Positions 27,490-41,214 are shown, counted from the stretch's first letter. The stretch: DNA of 64,000 nt from Camelus dromedarius (GCF_036321535.1 NC_087437.1:105960001-106024000); one strand, 5' to 3'. Notes: generated by a model not told the origin, from the letters alone. Translations and numbers: made by a program.

Positions 27490-27880
27490 CATAGCACCTG
27501 TGGTTCAGAGGAAGCTGACCGCCTCCTCACCCAGCCCAGCTCCTGAAACAGATCCTTTTCAGTTTAAGCTAAAGAGTTCACTCCATTCCCCCAGCCACAG
27601 TTAACATTCCCAATGGTCAAATTCAGAATAGGCTGAAGGACCCTTGCTTGGAAGCAAAGGATGGAGTGCTCAACATCTTCCTCTGAAAGCTGCCCTGTAA
27701 TATCCCCAAACTGCAAAATCCTTTCCAGTAATGACACCAGTAGAGAAACAGATCCAGGAATAAAAGGTAAGAAGATGAGGCCAGACCCACCGGATTCTGA
27801 GCCAGTAAACCTCCTCAACATTTGAGCCCCTTGGAAATGGGTTTTCTTTTAATTGTTCCTGAAAGTATCCTAATTAACAC
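27490..27880 (+). mobile_element. Old MaLR LTR (MLT1J/K-like)
   Basis: 3' end tgagccagtaaacctcc...tgggttttct...gaaagtatcctaattaacaca. Confidence 0.5.
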
Positions 27881-28932
27881 AAACTCTTTTGTTTCTTTTT
27901 TAACGGTGTTAAGAAACTCTTGATTATGTTGGATCCAATCGACATTGTTTTCATCAGTCTGGTGCTCCAATGAATAAGGCAACGCGCGTTAGTCAGCTAA
28001 GTGCCAGAGGCGATGATTTAAATTTTGTCAAGGCTTCAAGTTTTCAGATGTATAACAGTTTACTACCTGTATAATCTGGGAATGCCATTAAGACTTTACA
28101 ACTTCCCAAGACCCTCCGCAAAATGCACATCAGAACATTCTCTTTGTGGACAGCAAATCTTGGAAAATCACCCACTTTTCAATAGTGAGAACTACCTTTA
28201 AATAATAGAATTAAGTAGGGAGAAACAAAACGAAAGTCAGTCTTAAAAGTCATGAGTAAAACTAAAAAGCTTAAAATATTAACTTATGTGTTGAAGGGCA
28301 AGCTAAATTAAGTGTTTTTTGTAGTTTTCTCTGTTTTTTGAAAGACTTTAGTCATCCAGTTAAGGTATGTGCTGCTTGAATTTTAAATATGGTGCTACTT
28401 TTGGCTTTCACTGTGTCAGGAACCACATTTCTCAGCTTCAACTGAGTAATTTTAGGAATTTTTTCTTTCAAATTACTTTCTCTAAAGCAGGCTTTTTGGA
28501 TGGTACACCCATACTTGATCATTAAATGCAAAGAGAACTACTTTTTACCAGAATCAGCGTTTCTCTACCCATTACCCATCCGGAATTGAGAACCCTCCCA
28601 CTCACCTAATAATCGTTCCCAAAATAGTTGATTTCACAAAATCTCTAAAATCCCCAACCAGAGAAGCACCTTTGGCATAAATTGCTCCTGCTGTGCTCTG
28701 GTTTACTCAACTAAAGAGAAATAGAAAAAGAGACCATGTTGTGAGGAAGAAGTGATGTGAGTCACGTGTGACAGGAGGAAACGGCAGTAATGCAGAATTT
28801 TTTAAAACCTGCATTTTAGCCCGTGGTATCCCTACTTCATTTTCTCAAAGAAAGCTACAAAGTTTCTCTAAACTTCAAATGACTCTAGTATATAGCCTTT
28901 GTTTCTAGAGTCAGATGCAACAAAATGTAAAG

Positions 28933-28970
28933 TGTTTTCCGTATCATGTTTATTCCTATTCCAGGTAAGT
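28933..28970 (+). other. Juxtaposed 3' and 5' splice sites (recursive-splice-site-like motif)
   Basis: tgttttccgtatcatgtttattcctattccAG|GTAAGT: about 30 AG-free, pyrimidine-rich nt, then CAG directly followed by a consensus donor. Confidence 0.4.
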
Positions 28971-29860
28971 GACTTCTATCCCTGACTTCCTTGCGTTCGA
29001 AACTTTTGATTTAGGGCTAATTTTTTCCTCTCTCCCAGTCTCATTATTTCTGTGTTAATCTGTTACCAGTATCTCCTCAAGTAATACGTGTAAGGATGAT
29101 TTTTAAGTGTGGAAATGATTCACTAGGGGATTTTGAAGACTTTACTTTCTCCATAGACTGTGGTCTATGTAAATGCAGGAATTAATATCACATAGTTTCT
29201 TGAGGACTTTCCCAGCCCAATAATTATATGATTCATGAAGGGAAAATTCTCTGAACCTTGGAAAGAGGCTTTGAATTGTACCCCCTAGAGCTGAGGAAGT
29301 CAGCAGTACAGTGTCTGTCCCAGAATGAACCACACTTGCATAGTTTCCAAACAGTGATGGTTGCTCTTAAGGCCCCATAATAACCAGGGATTTGCAAAGC
29401 AGAGCAGAAAATAGTTATTTGTGTGGTCAAGGGTGTATGACTGTTTCCTTCAATGGCTAATGTTCACCATAAAACTTCCTCAGGCAGAAGCATCAAATGT
29501 ATGATGCGTGGTGCACAGGGAGAGAACTTTTCATAAACACAATCTGCATTCTGCCATCTTTTGAGTTTTTAACAAGAGCATGTACAATGCAGGGGTGTGG
29601 AGAATTGACAGATCTTGTACATTTCAGTGCTTTTTCACAATGTTTGCTCTCTTCAGCAGAATATAAGCTTTCAGATTTAAAATATGTTTTCCCGCTTATC
29701 CCACTGCGTAAATCAGTACATTAAGCAAGACTAGCAGAAAACCATAAGCAAGCAGACAGAAAAGCTGCAAAAGGCTTTCCTATCAAATGTGATGGGAAAT
29801 CAGATTTGAATATCAGTTTTCCCACCAACGTATGACCCAGAAATTACAGCCCAGAAACAG

Positions 29861-29905
29861 AAACAAACAAACAAACAAACAAACAAACAAACAAGCAAAC
29901 AAAAA
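29861..29905 (+). repeat. (AAAC)n microsatellite
   Basis: Direct reading. Confidence 0.92.
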
Positions 29906-32017
29906 AAGCACCAAGCAAGGTCAACAGAGACATACTGTGAGATTTTGAAAGGAACTCACTTAAAATAATCCAAATTAAAACATATTTCATTAAGCATACT
30001 CTACTAAACATATTGTCCTAAAGCACATCGCTAATATAGGATGAACTGCTTCAACGAATAAGCCCACGAAGAGTCCATATTTCTTGCTCCCTCCATAGTC
30101 CAGACACGTGACAAGCAGCTCTCCTCCTCACAGGGATGAAGAGCTTCAGGCTGTCTGTATCCAGAATTCTGCCAACACTGTCCGCATCCTAGAGGCTGTT
30201 TGTCATGCCCAAGGTTAAGGGCGCAGAGAGGAGAAAAGAGCATAGAGGAGATACATCCACTCAGGTAAAGACCCCAGCCTGGAAGCACAGTCTTTCTAAT
30301 CTCATTCCATTAAGAAGAACTCAAAGGGTGGTCCTTCGATTGAGTTCCCTGAAAGGGAGGTTGGAAATGATAGTCTTGCCAAGTGCCCAGGAAGCAGGGG
30401 AGAAGGGATTCTGGTGTCCAACAAATCGCAGAAATGTGTGTGTGCAATATACATTGTACACATGAAGTTCATGTTGATGCCAGCATTCTAACACAATTAT
30501 TGGGAAGACATTTTAACACATCAGAAGGAAGCCAGATTAGTGATGATACAAAGTAACAAAAGTATAAAGTTTTGTTGTCTCATGAAAATAAGCCCACTGG
30601 TTTGAGGACACAAGTGGTAACGAATTTCAGGATATAATTTTGTGACATTGAGACACCATCACCTAAATATGGTGCCAATGGGAATTCAAATAATTTGGAG
30701 ACAATAGGAAATAGAGAAGAGAAAATAAATTTATTAAGACCTATATAAGAATCCCTTTATTAAACTTGTCAGACTAAGCAGTAACCTCATATTCCAATTT
30801 CTCTTCTTTAAAGAAATACTGCGCAGATTTCTCCCTCACAGTTACTCATATATCTGTGATAAACACACTTAAAGAGAGAGAAAATATAGAAAGTACTGTG
30901 AAATGTTGTAGCACCATGTACATTCATTTAAAGGATTTTTTAGATTACTAATTTTTTCCTTATACTCAGTTTCTAAAATTCTAAGAAGTAGAACTGTACA
31001 GTCAATTAATTCAATATTTAAGTTATTTTTTAAATTCAACAAAGTATTTTTGACAATAATTTGCCTCATAATGAATGTCTCCACTTACACTCTTTCTCAG
31101 GGTTATTAACAAAAAACAAGTATCTTGCTATTTGTCTTATTTATTTTGCTTATTTTGCAAGTCCTTTGAAGAGAAATAACATATAAGATTTTGCTCCAGG
31201 TGGTAAAGCAGAAAACTTTTTTGCATTGCACTTCTGTCAGTAAAAATGTTTCTAATTTTATTTGTTTATGTGTGTGTCTTACAGCTTACATACTTTTGTC
31301 ATTAAATTAATATATTGTGCAATTATGAAACCTAAAACCTAGAAACTTTAGATGACAACATAAAAATTAAAAATATACTTTAATTAAATTTTATTTATAA
31401 AGGTATAGAAAGCTTTTTGTTCTTACTAAAGTTAAAACATTTTAACAATTTATTATATAAGAAAAGAATTTCTTTTGACTCAATAATATTTTAGTAAGAG
31501 CAATGTGATTGATTTTAGGATCCATCTATTTGAAGACAAAGTTCATTTTGTATTTATAGTGGTTTTACTATATATCAAAATTGAAAAAGATAGTTCACAA
31601 AGCTACAATCTGCAATATGTACTAACGGTAATGGACCCATATTTCAATAATCACGATGATTCCGAATTTTTATTGAGGTGTTGTAGGATCCGGCCAGATC
31701 GTTGTGGTCTTTTCTTTTGTTTTGTATTCCTTCCTTAATGTCACAATTGGGCTTAGAAAGAGTTTTGACTTGCACTACGTGAAGCTACCAATCCTGAAAT
31801 TATTATTCATTTTACTGGCATTTTAGCAGGAGTAGCCTGGCTACCAGTCTAAGACCACGTGGGGGCGCCAGAGTCAGCCCATAGAATAAACAGTCATAAG
31901 CTTGATTGTTTTCCTACACATGTTAAATAAAAACAAATAAAATTTACAGTGCACCACAATGGGTTATTTTTGCCCCACCCTGGGTGTGTTCACCCTCACT
32001 TTGAGATACAGGCTGAG

Positions 32018-32180
32018 GCCAGTGCCTTCAGATTACCGACCAGGGGAATCTTTTTAAAATGCAGTTTCTGATTGCATAGGGCTGGGGTGGGGGGCCCCAC
32101 AGATTTCTGAGTTTATGTCAAGTTTCCAGGTGCTGTTCATGCTGTTGGTCCACAGATCTCAAGTTAAGTGGCAAGAACTT
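32018..32180. mobile_element. MER5A1-like MITE
   Basis: ttaaaatgcagtttctgattg...ccaggtgctgttcatgctgttggtcc. Confidence 0.6.
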
Positions 32181-33809
32181 AGAATATAATTGCTTTAAAG
32201 ATTAATTACAGATGGCAAATATATTAGGCAGTTCTATAGTGAATAAACCTTTAGTCTGGGATCTGTTTCATAAACCTGAAAAAAAGAGATAACCCCGAGA
32301 ATGGATACATAAGTCACCAACAATTTTACCCTAATCAATATTTTCTTGAAATGTAGCTCCATGCCACCATTTCCTAGACCTTCAGACATGTTACACAATG
32401 TTTTGACAGGAGGCAAGATTTCATGTGCTGTCTAGAGATGCTTAAGATTTTAAGTTTAAGTGCGTCAGTACTGGAGAATGCAAAGCTAGTACTACAGAAG
32501 ACAAGAAGACAAGAAGCATCTTGGTCATACAGAGCTTGCTTTCTTGTTTTTATCGATGTAGTGACGATAACAACTCTGATCCTGGCAGTGGTGTTGAAGG
32601 GATTATGCAAGATAATGGGGCCAATGATACCTCATGATAACTGTTCCTAACAATCCTTACCGGCTGATATGCTTAGAGAATTCGTCATTGCTTCCTCCTA
32701 AACTCAAGCTAGATCATAACTTCTTAATTACTAGAGTGCTCCAGGAATACTCTAAAATATTTAAGTATAAATTGGGGTTTGACATTATGATGGAGAAAAG
32801 AAACAGAAATTAATTTCCAAGTATTTCAGGGAATAGTTTAAAACAAAAAAGAAATTTAAAGCAAACCTGTTTTGATTTGCGTTCTCAAAGCACACGCTAC
32901 TCACTCTGAACTTACTGTGCATGCAAAACAAACAAACAAAAAAAGCAAACATTGTCAAAGAAACTCTCAATGTTTGCTGAAAAAGATGAGAGAAAAAAAT
33001 TAAAAACTGGACAACTAACAGGACAATTTTATTTTAAAGGCATATATAAACCAAGAGAAGGGAGAATGGAATAAAAATATGCACCTAATAGAGTCTTGAA
33101 ACAATGAAAACTTCTGATATTTTCCTTACTCTCAAAAAAATTCATAATTCAAGATTATATGTATAGTTAAAATCTAAGCAATCAACTTAGATTTAGAGTG
33201 TTTTTATAACTACAATCCCAAATTTTTTAATGACAAAAGCTTTCCATATGATATTTTAATCAAATTCCAAATAGATTATTTTAGCTTTTATTATGAAACA
33301 GAAAATTAGCTGGAAAAAACCTCTCTAAAATAACTAAATGTGCATGCCATTTTCAAAAGAACTTTTAGTAACATACTCATCCCTGAGGTCTGCTTAAATG
33401 CTATGCAGCTTACACACGCACATGCACATGTGCATGACCTTTTTTCTTGCAAAAAAATATATTTTTAAAAATAAAACTACTTCACAAAATGCTTCCTTTT
33501 TGATGTTACTAAAGAAACACTTGGCTTTTTTTCTCTTGAATAAATTTTAGCAGCACTGAATATCCACCATTGTTAAATTACAATGAAGGGTGCTTGAAAA
33601 AAAATCCTGCTGAAATAAATCACATCAAGTTTCAAGAACAAAAGTGTATAAAGTGATTAGATTAATACTAAGTAATTCCTCTTCCTATTATAATATTGAT
33701 AAAAATACACAAGCATCTCCTTTTCCCAGTGTATCCTAAAAGTGAAAAGTAATCTATTGTAGTATTTAAATGTATTATTCCAACATGAGAAAAAAAAAGA
33801 ACATCTTTT

Positions 33810-34015
33810 GTGCATCTAATATGTGTTAGGTGCTGTGCAAATGTCTAAGGAACATATCTCATGTGATACTTTCAAAAGAATTAGGATGAAGGTAAACTGT
33901 TCCCATTTTATGGGGGAAAAAGATGAGGTTCAGAAAAAGTAAGCCATCATGTCAGTGTCAGAAAGCTGGTAAGCTGCAGGTAAACTATCTCACTGCAGAG
34001 TCCACGGTCTTTCAC
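33810..34015 (-). mobile_element. MIR fragment
   Basis: cccattttatgggggaaaaagatgaggttcagaaaaagtaag, reverse MIR core. Confidence 0.65.
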
Positions 34016-34334
34016 TGGTAGAGCAAGACTGGATGTATTTGGTCCGTGGGCAAAAATCATCAGGCGCATTTCCTTTATCAATCACACCACTGCAGTTCTG
34101 TTCAACTAGGCAGTACAAAAGTGGAGGTGTGGGGGCACATCAACTGCACATTCAGACCGCCTCCTCCTCACCATTCATGCGTATATGCACATGCAAACTC
34201 AAAAGACCCAACAATGAAAAGAACAAAAATAAAATTGTTTGAAATAGGGTGAAACACAAAACAATAATTCATGAAATCACCTGCTTATATTATGAAATGA
34301 CAATCACACTTGAATTTGTGCTGTAAAAAATTAA

Positions 34335-34810
34335 AATTTTTTATCCATTATTTTATCAAATACATTTTCTGTCCTTTTCTCTCTCTTCTCCTCCTGGGAC
34401 CCCCATAATGCAAATATAAGTGTACTTAATGTTGTTCCAGAGTTTCTTTAAACTATCTAAATTTTTTTTTTTCTTTTTGGTGTTCTGATTGGGTGATTTC
34501 CACTATTCTGTCTTCCAGGTCACTTATGGTTTCTTCTGTATCACCTAGTCTGCTGTTGGTTCCTCAAATGTATTTTTTTAATTTCAATTATTATATTCAA
34601 CTCTAATTGGTTCTTTTTTATATTTTCTAATTCTTTGTTGAAGTTCTTGCCATGTTCCTCTATGCTTTTCCTGAGTTCAGTTACCATTTTTATGACTGTT
34701 GCTTTCAACTCTTCATTGGGTGAATTACTCAAATCTGTTTCATTAGGGTTTTTTTTCCCCTGGGGTTTTATCTTATTCTACCATTTAGAACATATTCCTC
34801 TGTCTTCTCA
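34335..34810 (-). mobile_element. L1 ORF1 5' fragment
   Basis: Minus ORF 34541-34732 EELKATVIKMVTELRKSIEEHGKNFNKELENIKKNQLEL resembles the ORF1p N-terminal coiled coil. Confidence 0.8.
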
Positions 34811-37092
34811 TCCTAACAGCAAATTAAACCAAAATAAACTATAAATATTATCTCATGAAGAGATCTGTGATGTTCATGTTATATTTGGCCAATCAATCTC
34901 AATATGCCCATTTATGATACGTTGGGGAATATACCACATGGAAGGGAGAAAAGTGGTCAATGTGTGTCCCTAATGGTGTGCTACGGAAGCTGGAATTGAC
35001 TAAATATCATTAATCAACTAAATAATTCATCCAAAGTAAGTCTAAGCTGAATAATTTTGTATCTTATCCTAAGGAATAAACAGTAGTGGTACTTGTAAAA
35101 ATTTCAGTTTCTCAAAATAATAAGCATAAATATGGTTGACTGGCAGATTCTTTTTGACGACTCTCTTTGCCTCCAGGGGGGTTCGAGGTTGTGAGCACTC
35201 ATACCATCACTGCATCCTTACACAGTACAAAATATTAAATCAGTATCAAAGGTAAAATACAATTATCAAGGACTCTCAGTGGGTCTGCTATAGAAGGTTG
35301 TGAAAACCAAGTAAGAATCAAAATTCACTTCCTCTGTTTGTTTCTTCTTCCCTTTAATGTAGCTGGAAGGCTGAGCAGGACCTGGAGAAGTTGAAGAACA
35401 GTGCTGCTATCTTGCAAGTTCAACAGAAGCGTTAGCAGAGGAGGGCATGGTGATTCTCAGCACTCACAGAGGGGGCTGGGCTGCTCAGCTAGGGCTTCAG
35501 TGTTGAAGTATCGCCTCCGAAAGGGCCCTTTGATGCACAGCTAATAATCAAGCATTCTTAACCTGACTCTGTTCTCAAGAAACAAGACAAATCTTTGTGA
35601 GAACTGGTTCTGGTCTTTGGTTACAGTAGAAGCTCTGCTATTAAATGAGGCAAGAAGACAAAAGATAATTTCCCTTTCTGTGTACAATTTATGAGGGTTA
35701 GATTCCCAGATATATTTGTTTTTATCTTTCCTCCCTTGTCTTTCTCTCCCTGTGTCATTTATTTCACACACACCATTTCATCTAAATTGGTAAACTCTGA
35801 AACTTAAAGGATTTCCTTTAAAAAAAACAAATAGAACTCACCCCTCTGCAGCTCCTGCTATTTAGCGATGCCCACCACCAACTTCCTGTTTACAGCCATC
35901 CTAGTCATGCCTAGTTAAGTCCTGTGGCATCAACACTCACAGCAAGGGCTTTGTTTAACCCAAACCCCTTAATCTCTTGTCTCTGAAGACTCTTTTCCTT
36001 CCTCTAAAGACTTTCTCTTTCTTTCACTTAACTCACCTACAGCTATGGTCATACTCATTAACCCAGAGCTGCTCTGCCTGAAAAATTAGTAAATCAAGGC
36101 TCCTGCTTTTTTTACCACATTGTTGTATCATTCTAGACTCATCAGTACACGATATTGGATCGACTTAAGATGGTGCAGATGTGTGTATGGTTCAAAGCCA
36201 GTGAGACAGACCCACTTGTTTGAAGCAGGTTGAATGTACAAGAGAAGAAAGATAACAGTTGATGGAGTAAGAATCTTGTGCGTCAACACCTCTAACATCT
36301 CTCAGTCCATTAGACCTTCCCTTTTATCACTTCAGTCTTCACCTTAGATTCCATGAGCCATCATTTTAATAACTTTCTTTCCTACATCATAAAATCCTTC
36401 CTCCCTCTGCCTTTTCTTGTACCCATTTAGGAAAACTCAGTTCTCATTGGTCTCATCTGTTTTCCTTCTTTCTACCTATGTTATATATAAGAGATTACCA
36501 AAAACCTATTCTTCCATATGTGTTTTGGATCCTGTCTTTTCCCATTTTCTTTTGTATATTCAATCTCTCCCATTGACTTTTAAACATGCCGACATCTCTC
36601 CCATCTTACAAAAAAAAAAAAAAAAAAAAGTTTCACTCAAGCTCTCTTCCCTTAACTACTCCTATGTTTCTCTCTTACCCCTGAAGACAAAATTTTCAAC
36701 TTGTCTTCACCTACTGATTTCATTTTCTCATCTACCTCTCACTTTCCACCCACTCCAACATGAGTTATATGACTTCCATTCACACCACTCAACCAAATAT
36801 CACTCTCCAAGGTCACTGATGTTTCCATTTTCATAAATTCCATGGGTATTTTTAGTAACATTTAGCATATTTATTTCCTTCCTCAGTATTTTTTTCTCTC
36901 CCTGGGTTTCTGTGCCTCCCCAGTGATCTGTCTTCTTTGATTTTCTTGAATCATCATTCCCTATCCTAGTAACGTATTGCCTTTAGACTGCTTATTAAGC
37001 TATCTTTTCTTTTCCTTCAGCACTCTCTCCTTGGGCATTTTGCCCATGCCTTAAAGTCACTCTACATTGACCTATGTCACTCAAATTTATAC

Positions 37093-37402
37093 TACATTTC
37101 ATCAGTTATAAGATGCTTACTTTCCACATTTTAACATTTTTGAAATGAAACTGAATCTTGCAGTGGATGATGTGGCCATAGTGCTGACTGTATTGTTTTT
37201 CTTTCTTAGTGGCATATAAAAAATAGTGCTATTTTCAGAGAAAAAAAATGTCTCAATGAATATATATATGTTCATGTATGACTGAAAAATTGTGCTCTAC
37301 ACTGGAATTTGACACAACATTGTAAAATGATTATAAATCAATAAAAAAGTTTTTTTAAATGGTGCTGTTTTAAATTGATAGGATCTCAGATTCAGTGAAA
37401 TA
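37093..37402. mobile_element. MER104-like Tc/mariner MITE, split by an L1 tail
   Basis: Inverted ends atttcatc...gtgaaat; taagatgc...cacattttaacat...tttctttcttagtggca. Confidence 0.6.
37236..37356 (+). mobile_element. Short young L1 3' tail
   Basis: gacacaacattgtaaaatgattataaatcaataaaa; TSD aaatagtgctatttt (37221-37235) and aaatggtgctgtttt (37357-37371). Confidence 0.75.
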
Positions 37403-38544
37403 AACTATTTTCAGCCTTGATTTTTCCTTGAAAAATTAGACCCATATATCTATTCATCTGCTTCCAATTGAATGCTTGAGACAACAGCCCTGCAATGACC
37501 ATTTCAGAGGGCAATGTTTGTATTGAAATCTACATGAATGGCATCTTCTGGAATTATGGAAAATGGTAGCCTTGGCAAAAGTACTTCAAATTCAACACAT
37601 TCAGAACTGAACTCAAGATCTCCACTCTCTCCCCAAATCTCCCAGCTTCCCTGAAATCTACTTCTCTTCCTGTGTTCCCTGTCTCAGAATTCTTTAGCAT
37701 TGTCCATCCAGTTTTGCACAAGACAGAACCTCAAATATCAAATTTATATTTCCCTCTCCTCAACCCACAAAATCCATTTATTAAGTTCTATTGATTTTCC
37801 GGATCTGTCCATCTCTTTGTATTTCCTCCACTCTCTCCCTGGTCCAAGAAGCCAACCCTGCCCCCAGACTCAATAAGAGTCTTCTGGCTGCTCTGAAGAC
37901 ACCCACTCTTGCTCCATTTCCCATCTATTCTCCATCTGATAGCATAATCTCTTCAAAACAAGTATAATAATGTCACACCCAAGTTTGAAACCCTTTGGTG
38001 TATACCCATTGCTGCCTTGCTGGGTGTGTTCCCAGACCAGGTCTTCTGGAAGGTTCTGCATTTTCTGATTCCCTCCCACGACTCAAGCTCATGTGTGTAT
38101 AATGCTTCTGCATTCCCTAGACTCCAGCACAGTGGATTTCATTCAAGTCCTTAAGAACAGCAAGCTCCTTATTGCCACAGATATGGTTCTCTCTGTCTGT
38201 AATGCTCTCAATATTCTCCTCCCAATATATCTAGTTGATCCTCTCCAGCCTTCAGATCTCTGACAAAATATTGTTCCTTCTTGAAGTACTTCTCTGACCT
38301 AAACCAAATCAGCTTGCTTCATCACATTCTTTCCTTTTCACATCTTACAGTTTTATATATAATATATATATATATAATAAAATATTTTATATTTATTATT
38401 TATGGTGATTTAAGTAAGATTTGCTAAACTCTAAGCTCCATGAGAGCAGGGACTATGCCTGTTCTTTTATTTTTGGAAACTTAGTATTTAGCAGAGTTTC
38501 TGGAACAGAGGACATGCTCAAGAAAGACTTTTTAAATGAACATT

Positions 38545-38650
38545 GGGGGAGGGTATAGCTCAATGATAGAGCATATGCTTAGCATGCATAAGGTTCTGGG
38601 TTCAATCCCTAGTGCCTCCTTAAAACAAAACAAACAAAGAAACAAAAAAC
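38545..38650 (+). mobile_element. tRNA-Ala-derived SINE (vic-1 type)
   Basis: gggggagggtatagctcaatgatagagcatatgcttagcatgcataagg...ggttcaatccc plus (AAAC)-type tail; inserted at the L2 3' end. Confidence 0.9.
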
Positions 38651-41204
38651 TAACATTTGCCAAGACAGAGTAGAACCAGATGATGTTCAAAGTCCCTCAT
38701 TACCACCAAATGGCTGATTCTAAGATGCAGAGTTTTGTTTTAACATTATTTATTGAATGCCTTAGGCTTTTAAGTATGCATTATTCTCTCTAAAATTAAT
38801 ATATTTACCCACTTTTATTTAACTTTTTGTGTTTATTTGTATTTAAGTGGTGTTTAATTTAAGTTTTTCATTTCTACATTGTTGTAAAATTATTTGTTAT
38901 CAATTCCGTTTGTTTGCTATTGATCTCATAAATTTCTATTTTTTTCTTTTTAAATAAATATTTTGCCTTTAATTCTGTAACAGTTAAGGTGGTCTTCTGT
39001 GTCAGGAATTGAACATTTCAGTAATGATTAGCAAGTGTTACTCTGCTACTCTACAGCCCTAGGTCTTTATTTCAATTAGTATAATATGCTCATTAAATTA
39101 ATACATCTATTATGGTGCCAGCATTCACGTAACAGACAGAAAAATGTCTCATAGGGGTCAATTGGAATCATTTTGTTAAATTAACATCATAGCCTCTTAT
39201 AAGAGGATCTTAGTAGATTCTGTTATTAACAGAGATAGGGCACAAATTAAAATGGGGATTTTGTGCATTATGTGTTCTAAGGAGATTTTCAATTGACAAA
39301 TCTGTGTAGAGGCAGCTGAGCTTTCAAAAGACACCTTATTCGTGTATCCATAGAGGCATTTACCACTTTGCACAGTATTCAGGATCATGTCTGTTTACTT
39401 GGTTCAGTGTATAAAAAGGCAGAGGAACAAGTTTGTGACAGATTGAAAAATACTCTTTGATATTATTTTATCTGAATATCTGAAATGTTCTCTACACTCC
39501 TTGGGTCAAAGTATCCCTGAATTAAAGATCTTTATGCCTTTCAGGAATATTCTAGCCCTATATGATTCAGCCCCTGCCCAAGGCAACTGGTCCAACTCAT
39601 GCACTGGCCAGCACAGTGTGCCCTTCATGGGTTAGCTCACTGGTCAGACTTGGATAACAGAACTCAGACTAGTCAGTGATGATCAGCACCACTTGTGCTC
39701 TAGCCCCTGCCCTACTTTCTTCCTAAATGTGTGGCCTTGAACAAGTCACATGCCCTCTCATTCCTTGTTTTCTCAACTTTAAAACCTACCTGGACTCAGT
39801 CATTTAGATCATTTAATATAATAATACAATAAGCATTTTATGAAGTAGAGGCATTACACAAATAGAAGACTTCACTTGCAATGTAAACAATTTGCATTTT
39901 GTGGTACCAGCTGTTTGAGCTTCTACTACTGTTTGCCAGCCCACCTAGAGGTTACCCTCAGTGGGTTAACACTCCTTAGATCACTATTCCGGTCATATCA
40001 TTCACCAACGCAAAGTTTTCAGTGATATCCCATGACCTAACAAGTGGGTTAAAAACCCTCCAATCTAACAATCCATGTTCCCACAACATCCTCGTTCACA
40101 TATATCTTGAGGCTGATCTGCTTGTTGATGCAATGGGTGCAGATAATCATTAGTGCCGGTTGGGGAGGGACTTGAGATTCCTTCACAACCGGTCATTTTC
40201 TTAATAAATATTTCCCTGTTTTGATGGCTTTTGCTCATCTTCTTCTGGCTACATTCACAGTGAGTACAATCTGGAAAGGTGCCCAGGGGATCTGGTGAAG
40301 GATTACCAGAGAGGGGAGAACAAAGAAGCACTTTGCATGAGGGGTTTTTATTCCTAGCACCACCATGGTAGTCTTATTACATAATCTAAGAAATACTCCT
40401 GCAAAGCCTATTTATTAAGCTAAGACAATTGTGGTTATACTTGTATTTGGCAACCAAGATAACTAACTTAAATTACCAGTGAGAAGGAAAAAGATGAGCA
40501 TCAGGACCTCCTGAAATTATGGTCTAAGGGAAAAACTCCATGCCCCATACAGGTGGACAGTGCTTCCGCGTGATGCACTCAGGATAGTGTTCTAAGATCT
40601 CACCTGGGGACCAAAAGCAGGGGAAGAAGACCATGCTCCACCAGGTAGGAATCCCTAAGCTACAAACCAAAGAGTCTGTGCCTGTATAGGGCTGGGAGAC
40701 ACATGAATGCACCTGCAGCATGGGGAGGAAGCAATCCCTAAGCAAACAGGTGACAGTCATCACTAGCATTTTCATCATCTGCTTTTCCTTAACCATCAAT
40801 GGTCATTTAGCATAAGTTGTCCATTCACACAGGTACAGAACCTCACAAGCCATCATTCATTCATCTTCCCAACAAAATTTATTAAGGACCTGCTACATTT
40901 CAGACACTATTCTAGGTGCTGAAGATATGGTCATAAGCAGACATGTTCTTGGAAAGAAGATATATTCCACCTCTCCACAGGAATGAAGTCCCATGTTAAT
41001 ATATATGTTTATAATGAGTTCTTTGTCCAAAAAAAAAAAAGAACTCCAAATTTTCATAGCAATTAGCAGAGTGACTAAGTCACTTTACATTTTTGCATTT
41101 GATTCTTTGACTAATATTATAAAATGTCAGAGCTAAAAATAACTGTACAGAGGTGAAACGTGGAAGTAACCAGAGGGAGTGTTAAAAGAGGGGAGCAGGA
41201 ACTA

Positions 41205-41214
41205 GGGACTTTCC
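41205..41214 (+). promoter_or_regulatory. NF-kB consensus site, copy 1
   Basis: Exact GGGACTTTCC. Confidence 0.5.

Larger units (their letters stand above)
36300..38540 (+). mobile_element. Long fragmented L2 (L2a-like) with nested insertions
   Basis: C/T-rich; ctctccaaggtcactgatg, tcaaattcaacacattcagaactgaactc, 3' end taagctccatgagagcagggact...tgctcaagaaa...aatgaa. Confidence 0.75.
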
